DNA of 34,869 nucleotides from Chlamydiota bacterium (GTDB lineage Bacteria; Chlamydiota; Chlamydiia; Chlamydiales; RGXB01): NCBI GenBank assembly GCA_947494155.1, contig CANLTW010000015.1, positions 1 to 34,869 of the forward strand, read 5' to 3'. Shown piece by piece: positions 26,602 to 34,869 of this stretch (position 1 is its first letter; each line of letters starts with the position of its first letter). The notes under the pieces were generated by a model. It saw only the letters and a program-made list of their open reading frames with translations, ran no database searches and was not told where the DNA came from. The position numbers and the translations under genes were made by a program.

Positions 26602-28521
26602 TTATAGAAAAGCTTCTCGAAAGCCCTCTTTATACAAAGTCTTTCTCAAACTGGTGAGTGCATCCATCTCCTCAAGGTAGGTTTTACAATCCTTTCCTTG
26701 AGACAACTCCTCAATTTGCTCTAGCTGTTTTTCCAACATTTTTGTAATTTGTAGCCCTTTTTCGGGGTAATAGGAGCGAACAAAAGACTCTACTTGCTCA
26801 GGAAGATGGGAAAAAATCAGCTCAACAGGATCGATCGACTCCAGATGTTGCGCAAAACTAGCCCAATCTACATCTTTTTTTATGAGTCTTGCTGCATACT
26901 CGGGATAGTGCATCTCGATAGCGAAAGGGAGCATAAGATCCATAGAGGTTTGAAATTTTTTCAAAACATAAAGAAAAACCTCCGTATCCTCTTTATGGGA
27001 CTCTCCCACAAGCAATTTTTCTGGAATCATTTTCAGTATTTCCAGAGTTTTCGCACACCTGTAGAAGAGCTGACGCCTATCCTCTTGAGACACCTCTTTT
27101 TGTTCCTGTAATACAAAATTTAAAGTTAATAAAACCAGGTTTAAAAGCGCACGATCCTCACAACCACTTAAATTATCTTGAAGCTGTAAAAAAAAGGGCT
27201 CTTTGAAGCCGGGATTTTCCAAAAAACGGATCATATCGATACATAAAGCGGTCACCTTTTTCCTTTCACGGGAAAAATCCACTGTCGCTTCTAATCTCAA
27301 CATCCAATTCACTAGCATCACTTTTTCTGTGTCGGTAAGATTTTGGGGTGGAGAGATACCCCTCTTTTGGGCTATTTGTGCCCATGCGGAAAAAGTTTTC
27401 TTGAATTGACTTTCGCTGCAAACATAAAAGGTTCCATTAATTCTGGCGCACAAAAGATCGAATTGCTCTTGTGGAACTGAGGTAAATTCCAAATTCAAAC
27501 TCACTAAATTTGATAATCGGGAAATTGAGAAGGGCAACTCGCTTAAATAGAGATCCCCCATCAGGTTGAGGCGCCTTAACGAGGTCAGCTCCCCAATTTG
27601 GGGGGGAATTTTCTCTAGAGGATTAAAACTAAGATCGCAGTCGACAAGCCTCTGCAGGTTTTTTACGTTAACAGGGAGCTCTTTAAGTTGGTTTTGACTA
27701 AGCAACAGCACCTTGAGTTGTTCCATATGGGCGATCTCCTCCGGTAGAGCTTCCATTTGGTTTACGGACAGATCTAGAATAACCAACGAATCCTTGAAAA
27801 GAGTTTTGGGAATACTCCTTAGGTTGTTGTGACTTAAATCCAAAGCCTCAAGCTGCCTTAGACCCGGGTAATCGGACTCATCGAAATGGAGTTTGTTATT
27901 AAAAAGATGCAAAACTTTGAGTTTTTCTAAACTTAACAGGGAGCGGGGAAATAGGCGTATGCGATTATTACCGGCACTAAATATACAAAGATCTTTAAAG
28001 GAGCTAAAACGGTCGGGTAATTCCTCTAAAGAATTGCATTTCAAGGAAAACACCTGGAGTTTTTTTAGCTGAAACACCCTTTTCGACAGTTTATCTATTC
28101 TATTTTTTTCTAAAAAGAGCTTTTCCAGGTTCTTTAAATGCTCCAAACCTTTGGGCAATCGACGGATAAGGGTCTGACAAATCTCAAGAGAAGTTAAACC
28201 TTTAAGCTCTGGGGAAAAAGGGGGAAGATTTGTAAGAGGCCTTGTGTGGATCGTGACCCTTTTACCACCATGTGCCGCATCAAGAAGTTGAAGAGCCACT
28301 CGAACCTTATCCTCTCGCCCATTTTGGTCATTTTCATGAATCCATTCGACTAGGGATTCTTTAAGTTCTTTTTTTTTCGGCTCTTTTGTAAATAGGTAAT
28401 AGCAGATGCACCCCATAACAACTGTTGCGATTTGGTAGATTAAAATCTCGCTATCGTTAAGCTGCTCCCCCTCGATTTTATCAAAATAAAAATTAAATCC
28501 TACGGGCTGCATGATAAACAC
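26602..28521 (-). CDS. Leucine-rich repeat protein with an NEL (IpaH/SspH-type) E3 ubiquitin ligase domain
   Basis: About 11 LRRs (LxxLxLxxNxLxxLP); then WM.RLE.T.DF, LSGCEDRALL (catalytic CxD) and DTEVFLY; N-terminal hydrophobic helix. Confidence 0.85.
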   Translation of the reverse strand: MFIMQPVGFNFYFDKIEGEQLNDSEILIYQIATVVMGCICYYLFTKEPKKKELKESLVEWIHENDQNGREDKVRVALQLLDAAHGGKRVTIHTRPLTNLPPFSPELKGLTSLEICQTLIRRLPKGLEHLKNLEKLFLEKNRIDKLSKRVFQLKKLQVFSLKCNSLEELPDRFSSFKDLCIFSAGNNRIRLFPRSLLSLEKLKVLHLFNNKLHFDESDYPGLRQLEALDLSHNNLRSIPKTLFKDSLVILDLSVNQMEALPEEIAHMEQLKVLLLSQNQLKELPVNVKNLQRLVDCDLSFNPLEKIPPQIGELTSLRRLNLMGDLYLSELPFSISRLSNLVSLNLEFTSVPQEQFDLLCARINGTFYVCSESQFKKTFSAWAQIAQKRGISPPQNLTDTEKVMLVNWMLRLEATVDFSRERKKVTALCIDMIRFLENPGFKEPFFLQLQDNLSGCEDRALLNLVLLTLNFVLQEQKEVSQEDRRQLFYRCAKTLEILKMIPEKLLVGESHKEDTEVFLYVLKKFQTSMDLMLPFAIEMHYPEYAARLIKKDVDWASFAQHLESIDPVELIFSHLPEQVESFVRSYYPEKGLQITKMLEKQLEQIEELSQGKDCKTYLEEMDALTSLRKTLYKEGFREAFL

Positions 28522-28758
28522 TCCTATTTAAAGATCCATTTAGTGATTGATTTAGCGACCTAAATTAAGAAAAATTTATTCCGATTGGGGAAAATTAAAA
28601 CACAGCCCTTTAATTTTCCTAAATAGTTATTTGTAAAAAACAAAATAAAAGTTCTTTTTCAAAAAATTCTAAGCATGATTCCTGGCTGATCTAAGCTCCT
28701 AGACAAAAAATTATTTTTTAACGAATATTTTAAAAAAAACTATTAAAGGAGCTTAAAG

Positions 28759-30657
28759 ATGCAACCCTTTTATCAAACCCTTTTTTTTCTCTTCTGTTTC
28801 TTAGGAATCCACACAGAGGTTTTCTGTAATTCATCCCCCAATATCCCGTTTCAGAACGAACGGCTTGCAGCTTGGATAGCGGAGGTGGAAAACTTATGCA
28901 GCCCCGATCGGGTGCATATTTGCGATGGTTCACAAGAAGAGTACGATAGCTTATGCGAAGAGATGGTAAAACTTAAGAGTTTCATTCGCCTTAATGACTC
29001 TTTACGACCCAACTGTTTTTTATCCCGATCCTCATGTGATGATGTTGCTCGCCTCGAAGATCGCACCTTTATCTGCTCTTTTCACAAAAAAGATGCGGGT
29101 CCCACCAATAATTGGAGAGATCCCGTAGAGATGCGCTCTCATCTAAAAAACCTCTTCAAAGGGTGTATGCGCGGCCGAACGATGTATGTGATCCCATTTA
29201 GTATGGGCCCTATTGGGTCGCCGATTGCCCAAATTGGTGTGGAGATCACCGACTCCCCATACGTGGTATGTAGCATGCGCATCATGACGCGCATGGGTAA
29301 GGAGGTGTTAACCGAGCTCTTAAATAAAGATTTTGTCCCCTGCCTACACTCCGTTGGGGCTCCGCTTTCTGGGGAATGTTTGGATATCGCTTGGCCTTGT
29401 AATCGGGAAAATAAATATATAGTTCATTTCCCCGAGACAAAAGAGATTTGGTCGTTTGGCAGCGGTTATGGCGGCAATGCGCTTTTAGCTAAAAAATGCT
29501 TTGCACTCCGGATTGCATCCCGAATGGGGCGAGAAGAGGGCTGGCTTGCGGAGCATATGCTTATACTAGGGATAGAAAATCCTGAAGGGGAGAAAAAATA
29601 TTTCGCTGCCGCTTTTCCGAGTGCTTGTGGAAAAACAAATCTTGCGATGCTTAAATCCTCTCTGCCTGGCTGGAAAATCACCCTTGTGGGAGATGATATC
29701 GCCTGGATGAAAATTAAAGAGGATGGAAAACTTTATGCAATCAATCCGGAAGCCGGAATGTTTGGAGTCGCACCAGGTACCTCATCAACCACCAATCCTC
29801 ACGCGATGCAAACGATCCAAAAAGATACCATTTTCACCAATGTTGGCCTTACCAAGGAGGGGGATGTCTGGTGGGAAGGGATGACCAAGGAGGCCCCTGG
29901 CGGATGTCTAAATTGGATGGGAGAATGTTTTGAGCACTGCCCTAACGAGAAAATTGCCCATCCGAATGCACGATTTGCAACTCCTATAAAAAACTGCCCT
30001 TGCGTTGATGAGGCTTTTGAAGATCCTGAAGGTGTTTTGATTTCTGCCATCCTTTTTGGAGGGCGACGTCAATCGGTAATTCCCCTTGTCACCGAATCTT
30101 TTAGTTGGCAACACGGCACCTTTTTTGGAACCACTGTCTCTTCAGAGGCGACCGCTGCAGCCAACGGCCCTGTAGGAATTTTAAGGCATGACCCGTTTGC
30201 GATGCTCCCCTTTTGTGGGTATAATATGGGGGACTATTTTTCCCATTGGCTCTCTTTTGAAAAACGGACCGACCCCTCTCTATTGCCAAAAATTTTCTAC
30301 GTGAACTGGTTTCAAAAAGGGGAAGACGGAAAATTTTTATGGCCCGGATTCGGGGAAAATGGGCGCGTTTTGAAATGGATTTTCGAAAGATTGGACGGGA
30401 AGGCTAAGGCAAAAAAAACCCCTATCGGTTTTGTTCCCACTTTAGAGAGTATGGATTTAACCGGTCTCCCATTAGATCATGATGCTCTTCACCAGCTTTT
30501 GAAAGTAGACCAAAAAGCCTGGCTTCAGGAGGTGGAGGAATTAAAAAGATATTTTAAGATCTTCGACCAAACATTTCCGAAAAAGCTTTCCCAAGAGCTT
30601 TTTGAACTAGAGAACCGCCTGCACGCTGACCTATCCGAAGAGGTTTCGCCCCCGTGA
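28759..30657 (+). CDS. pckG: Phosphoenolpyruvate carboxykinase (GTP)
   Basis: [67 protein letters not shown]. Confidence 0.96.
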   Translation: MQPFYQTLFFLFCFLGIHTEVFCNSSPNIPFQNERLAAWIAEVENLCSPDRVHICDGSQEEYDSLCEEMVKLKSFIRLNDSLRPNCFLSRSSCDDVARLEDRTFICSFHKKDAGPTNNWRDPVEMRSHLKNLFKGCMRGRTMYVIPFSMGPIGSPIAQIGVEITDSPYVVCSMRIMTRMGKEVLTELLNKDFVPCLHSVGAPLSGECLDIAWPCNRENKYIVHFPETKEIWSFGSGYGGNALLAKKCFALRIASRMGREEGWLAEHMLILGIENPEGEKKYFAAAFPSACGKTNLAMLKSSLPGWKITLVGDDIAWMKIKEDGKLYAINPEAGMFGVAPGTSSTTNPHAMQTIQKDTIFTNVGLTKEGDVWWEGMTKEAPGGCLNWMGECFEHCPNEKIAHPNARFATPIKNCPCVDEAFEDPEGVLISAILFGGRRQSVIPLVTESFSWQHGTFFGTTVSSEATAAANGPVGILRHDPFAMLPFCGYNMGDYFSHWLSFEKRTDPSLLPKIFYVNWFQKGEDGKFLWPGFGENGRVLKWIFERLDGKAKAKKTPIGFVPTLESMDLTGLPLDHDALHQLLKVDQKAWLQEVEELKRYFKIFDQTFPKKLSQELFELENRLHADLSEEVSPP

Positions 30658-30692
30658 CATTAAAGGGGAAGGAATCTACCCTTTCACTGAAC

Positions 30693-30720
30693 AAAAAAAG
30701 GGTGCTTTTAAGAAGCACCC
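30693..30720 (-). terminator. Intrinsic terminator for the minus-strand methyltransferase gene
   Basis: GGGTGCTT-TTAAG-AAGCACCC stem preceded on + by A7 (U-tract on minus strand), between convergent genes. Confidence 0.7.
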
Positions 30721-30749
30721 GATCTATCGCCCCATTTCTTAGCTCTCTT

Positions 30750-31424
30750 TTAGGCCGTCGCTATTTCGACTGGGTTTTTTTGTAAAAAACGGACATTTGC
30801 GGGGGGGAAATTTTTCCAGACTGTCTCAATTTTTTCCTGGTGTTTCTCTCCATAAAAGCTTTTTAGAAGTTGAATTTTTTTGAGCCTTTTTCCCCGTTCG
30901 GTTAAGGCTGCAACCATCTTCGGATATTTGTATTCGTAGTAGCTTAAAAAAGCATTAGGCTTCATCATAAGAAGATATTTTTTAAAAATAGTCTCCACAA
31001 AATCGACCGAAAACTGGTTTAAAGGCAAGCTGCTGACAATCCCATCATAATTTGCTGATTCAAAATTCTCGATAGATGTTTCGTGAACCTTAAGATTTCT
31101 GCATGCCTCATATTTTTTTCGTAATACACGACAAAGATCAGGGTCCAATTCTACAATATCCAGAGTATCTTTAGGCCCCATCTTTTGCAAAATAGAGTCG
31201 GTAACAGCTCCAGTTCCAGGCCCCACCTCAAGATATCTTTTTGGCTCCATAGAGGGCTGCATCCGTACAACCATTCGGTTCGCGAGTGCTTTCGAACTCG
31301 GAAAAAGAGAACCCATTGTTAAGGGATCACAAATGAAGCGGAATAAAAACAGCAGATTCTCTTTAAAGGACTGGGATAAACGAAAAAAAGGGGCCTCATT
31401 GACCTGGGCAGAAAAAATTTGCAT
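30750..31424 (-). CDS. Class I SAM methyltransferase, PmtA/OlsG-like phospholipid N-methyltransferase family
   Basis: P.TMGSLFPSSKALA, LEVGPGTGAVT, VELD, IVSSLP, VWKNFPPA.V. Confidence 0.8.
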   Translation of the reverse strand: MQIFSAQVNEAPFFRLSQSFKENLLFLFRFICDPLTMGSLFPSSKALANRMVVRMQPSMEPKRYLEVGPGTGAVTDSILQKMGPKDTLDIVELDPDLCRVLRKKYEACRNLKVHETSIENFESANYDGIVSSLPLNQFSVDFVETIFKKYLLMMKPNAFLSYYEYKYPKMVAALTERGKRLKKIQLLKSFYGEKHQEKIETVWKNFPPANVRFLQKNPVEIATA

Positions 31425-31599
31425 TAAATCACCTAATATTAAAAATTAACGCAATAATTAAGAGCAAGTTAATTACATCGTGGATAAAATTAAAACAGAA
31501 ATAGCTATTTTTTGTTTAAAAAATAACAAAATTAAAAATTGATTCCTTTGGGGCGATTTTGTTAAATTCTTTTTATCCTTTTTTAATCAGAAGTGCCTT

Positions 31600-32721
31600 A
31601 TGAAAACTCTCACAACAAAAACCCTTAGTGGAGCTTTTTTCTTTTTTCCCGTTCTATCTTTTGCCTCCACCTTTACTCCGGAGCCCATTTTTGAAAGCTC
31701 TATCCCTGTTATAGATATGCGACTTTATGAAAATAGTGAAACTCAAGACGAGTTTAGCCAACAATTTACAAAAGCTCTGCATGAGATCGGTTTTTGTGCT
31801 CTAACCCATACCGGTTTTGATGAAAAGGCTTTAGAAAAAAGTTATCAAGCTTCGATCGAGTTTTTTAAAAGTCCTCGGGGAAAAAAAATGGAGCTCTACT
31901 TTCCTGATCTTAATGGTCAAAGGGGTCTGGTGATCAAAGAGAACGCACAAGGAAAAAAATCGGTGGATTTCAAAGAGTTTCTCCACTTCGGGAAGAAAAA
32001 AAATCTCTGGCCAGTTTGGATGGATCTAAAAACCCCCATGAAAAACTTGATCAAACACCTCGATGAGCACAGCGAAAAACTTCAGGATGTTTTGAGCCGA
32101 TTTATGGGGCAAAAAACAGATTTTCTTCAGGAGATGACCGTTGACGGGGACTGTGTATTAAGGGCTCTTTACTACCCCAAAAATCCCCTTTCCGATCAAT
32201 TCTGGGCTGCAGCTCATACAGATATCGATCTTTTCACAATTCTACCAATGTCTACCGAGAATGGGCTAGAGATTCTTCACAACGGGAAATGGATTCCCGT
32301 CAAGGTCCCAAAAGACGCTTTCATCATCAACTGTGGGGATATGCTTGAAAACATGAGCAACGGCTATTTTAAAAGTAGCGTCCACAGGGTGGTCTCCCAA
32401 CCCCAAAAAGAGCGATTTTCGATTGTCTACTTTGTTCATCCAAGAAATAGCGATCGTGTGGATCCGCTCGAGGCATGCATTACACTGACCGGTGGTATTA
32501 AACGTTTTCCAGATGCCTGCCATCTAGAGATGCTTGCTCACCGGCTGGTGGAGATTGGGCTAGCCTCGACTGCACTAAAAGCTTTTGACAAAGAGTCGGG
32601 GTATATCGATCGGGTGAAACAGCTAGTTATCGACGGTGTTGCTTCAGCTCCAGTGGAAAAAACCTACAACACCTGGCTCGAAATCCAAAAAGTTGATGCA
32701 TGCCAAACACCTAAAAAATAG
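31600..32721 (+). CDS. 2OG-Fe(II) oxygenase, isopenicillin N synthase-like family
   Basis: IPVIDM, LRALYYP, AHTDID (HxD), INCGDML, SVHRV (distal His), RFS (RxS). Confidence 0.88.
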   Translation: MKTLTTKTLSGAFFFFPVLSFASTFTPEPIFESSIPVIDMRLYENSETQDEFSQQFTKALHEIGFCALTHTGFDEKALEKSYQASIEFFKSPRGKKMELYFPDLNGQRGLVIKENAQGKKSVDFKEFLHFGKKKNLWPVWMDLKTPMKNLIKHLDEHSEKLQDVLSRFMGQKTDFLQEMTVDGDCVLRALYYPKNPLSDQFWAAAHTDIDLFTILPMSTENGLEILHNGKWIPVKVPKDAFIINCGDMLENMSNGYFKSSVHRVVSQPQKERFSIVYFVHPRNSDRVDPLEACITLTGGIKRFPDACHLEMLAHRLVEIGLASTALKAFDKESGYIDRVKQLVIDGVASAPVEKTYNTWLEIQKVDACQTPKK

Positions 32722-34564
32722 CCTCGGGCTGGGGATACTCAAGGTGGGGGTTTTCGATTCTTTCCTGCAGCGCAGCTTGGATTCTCACCTCGGCCTCTAT
32801 TTGCCACGAATTTGTTAGAAGGCTCTGTTGGATGTCTAGGGCGCTTTCCCCTTTTTCAAGGATCCCACAGAATTTTTCTTCAAAAAGTTTACGGGTACAT
32901 TCAAGGGCTAGATGAATTTTTTGGTGGGGGCTTTCATACCTTTTTTCCGTAAATTCTCTAGCCGCTTGCGGATCAAAGTTCGCTTGTTTTAGAAACTGGT
33001 TGACACTTTCCCTTTGGCTCTCGATAAAATCGACAACCTCCTCTAAACAATTTGTCAAAGCTTCTACAGGAATCCGTCCACTTGAAAAGTTTTCGGGATG
33101 AATCAAGAGCTTGGATCTCAACGCAGCCAGTCTTAAAATGGAAAAAATTAGAGATTTCGATTGTTCCCAGTTTTTTGGTTCAGCGATGTAATACATGGCA
33201 ATATCCCGTACCGCAACTGTTTGGTGCAACCGTTTAAGCAATAAAGTTGTCACAAACAGAGCGTTCAAAACCTCATCGCCTAAATCCAATTGCACCACTT
33301 CTAAAGAGAGACGCTCAAAATCAAGGAGCGCAATTTTTCCTATGATCTTATCGTCAAATTTTTGGTTTGGATCTAAATAGGGATACCAAAAAAAGTTGGC
33401 CCCGGAGGCTAAATTATCGGGCAAAATACAGCCGTGGTCTATCGGAATCATAGCCTGAACGCCTGTTTGGGTTTTTTTCACTAAAAGATTTCCCGAATTT
33501 CGATCGGAATTGGCAAATAAAAGATCCAAAAAAGCAATAGGCCCTAAAAGGGGGCTCAGACTGTGCCTTGTACTCTCTTCTAAAGAGCCCACTACCCCGT
33601 CATTTTCCACAAACATCTGCACCGAGCAGCGCTTTGTTGCCCTATTATGAAATTGGCTTGAGGTGAGATCCATCAAAACTGTAGGGGGCACAAGCTCAGG
33701 TTGCAAACGGTAGGCTAAAACTTCGCGTAGAGTTGCGGTTGTGGGCTGTATTGCCTCTTTTAAACCCATAAGCTCCCCGATAGCGTTCTCACCCCCCGGT
33801 TCTTCATCGGCCGGTTTCACGACACCTAGAATTTTTTGAGAATCATCGAGGGCAAAATAGGAGCCACAAACCCCTTTTGAGCCGTAAACCCATGATGGCC
33901 TGACTCGATCTTTACCCATGGTGTCGTTTGTAAAACTGCAGCAAATTTTTTCTACCCATAGAGAGAGGGTTACATCCCTTTGCCCTATCCATCTATTCAC
34001 AGGGGGACAAAAGGGGTCTGCCCTGCTCTCTTCGTCCCCAATGGAAGGATGAACCTCCACAGTAAGGTGTCTTGGCAACACCCTTTTTGCCAAACTTGGT
34101 TTTATAGATAATGGCCTAACACATTCCGCCCCATGTGCTATGAACTTTTTTGAAGGGCTTTCCTCCTCATGCTGTACAAAAGAACCACAAGTTTTGCTAG
34201 ATTCTTTTTGAAAATCATCAGACATGCTCAAACGGAGATCGCATCCTATTTTTCTTTTTGGTTTTGCGTCAACCTCTTTAGAGGGGGATTTTTGAGAGTG
34301 CTCAAGGGGACGTAGCTTTTGAGGGGATACACAAAGGTGAGCCGCACCCCCTAAAGAGGGCCCCTTATCCAAAAAAACGGCGTCGGTTTCCCCCTCAATA
34401 AGAAGAGCCGGACTGAAAAACCTATCCCTTAGGTTGGAAACTCTCCTTTGTGCAAGAGAGAGCTCATTCTCTATTGAGCTAGGGGGGGGGTCATTTATAG
34501 AGTCAACGCCTGAACTCACTATTGATGCCTCAATCGAAATACGGGTTTGGTCAAATGGAAACAT
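32711..34564 (-). CDS. Type II PI4-kinase-like (PI3/PI4-kinase family) protein, candidate effector
   Basis: GVCGSYF, VVKPADEEP, REVLAYRL, VPPT, SVQMFV, LDLLFANSDRNSGNLLV, IPIDHGCILP; long Ser/Pro-rich N-terminus. Confidence 0.85.
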   Translation of the reverse strand: MFPFDQTRISIEASIVSSGVDSINDPPPSSIENELSLAQRRVSNLRDRFFSPALLIEGETDAVFLDKGPSLGGAAHLCVSPQKLRPLEHSQKSPSKEVDAKPKRKIGCDLRLSMSDDFQKESSKTCGSFVQHEEESPSKKFIAHGAECVRPLSIKPSLAKRVLPRHLTVEVHPSIGDEESRADPFCPPVNRWIGQRDVTLSLWVEKICCSFTNDTMGKDRVRPSWVYGSKGVCGSYFALDDSQKILGVVKPADEEPGGENAIGELMGLKEAIQPTTATLREVLAYRLQPELVPPTVLMDLTSSQFHNRATKRCSVQMFVENDGVVGSLEESTRHSLSPLLGPIAFLDLLFANSDRNSGNLLVKKTQTGVQAMIPIDHGCILPDNLASGANFFWYPYLDPNQKFDDKIIGKIALLDFERLSLEVVQLDLGDEVLNALFVTTLLLKRLHQTVAVRDIAMYYIAEPKNWEQSKSLIFSILRLAALRSKLLIHPENFSSGRIPVEALTNCLEEVVDFIESQRESVNQFLKQANFDPQAAREFTEKRYESPHQKIHLALECTRKLFEEKFCGILEKGESALDIQQSLLTNSWQIEAEVRIQAALQERIENPHLEYPQPEAIF

Positions 34565-34739
34565 AACCTTTTACAACTCTTTCATGACGAATTTGCACTA
34601 ATTTTAAAGGGGACCCCCCCCTTTTTTTGTTGGCTCTTAATGGATTAGCGCCAGGAATCACTAAAATAACATTTTTTATTTAAAAAAACCCTAATTTTCT
34701 TTTCCGCTTTAAAAAAACCCGTGTTAAACTTGCGCCTCT

Positions 34740-34869
34740 ATGCATAATTTGACAATGACCAACCTCCCCCCCATCGAGCCCTATATTCAATGGGTGTTGC
34801 ACGGGGACGAAGTTGCGGATTTAAAAGATGTACCCCTCTCTGTAAAAAGACTACCCGAGCTTAAAGAGG
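34740..34869 (+). CDS. 5' part of a hypothetical protein truncated by the window edge
   Basis: Open frame MHNLTMTNLPPIEPYIQWVLHGDEVADLKDVPLSVKRLPELKE to the end of the window; start could be ATG 34755. Confidence 0.5.
   Translation, partial: MHNLTMTNLPPIEPYIQWVLHGDEVADLKDVPLSVKRLPELKE

Noticed and set aside
32711..32721. 11-bp convergent overlap between the oxygenase and PI4K-like genes
   Set aside because: Short tail-to-tail overlaps are common in compact genomes
1..34869. CRISPR arrays, IS elements, integrases, rRNA/tRNA, or a self-contained bacterial ubiquitination (E1/E2/Ubl) defence operon
   Set aside because: No regularly spaced repeats, transposase/integrase motifs or RNA gene signatures were seen; no E1, E2, JAB or Ubl ORF accompanies the ligases

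Overview
AT-rich bacterial window. The gene content suggests an environmental Chlamydiota-like intracellular bacterium; this is an inference, as no marker gene is present. Metabolic and transport genes: glpF divergent from glpK-glpD, a NodT/TolC-EmrA-EmrB efflux operon, an outer-membrane beta-barrel, an MFS transporter, GTP-dependent PEPCK, a PmtA-like methyltransferase and a 2OG-Fe(II) oxygenase. These are interleaved with a dense set of eukaryote-like candidate effectors. Three proteins carry eukaryotic-type HECT E3 ligase motifs (one ankyrin-HECT and a tandem paralogous pair ending in GFNAV/GFNAL). There is also an LRR-NEL (IpaH-type) E3 ligase, a type II PI4K-like kinase, a degenerate pseudokinase and several orphans with NLS-like motifs. 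In the middle is a small pterin module (RibD_C reductase, folE, HAD-NUDIX fusion). It is preceded by a 72-nt folded intergenic element, and folE appears to have its N-terminus in an out-of-frame leader across a T6 run. No rRNA, tRNA, CRISPR array or mobile element was recognised.
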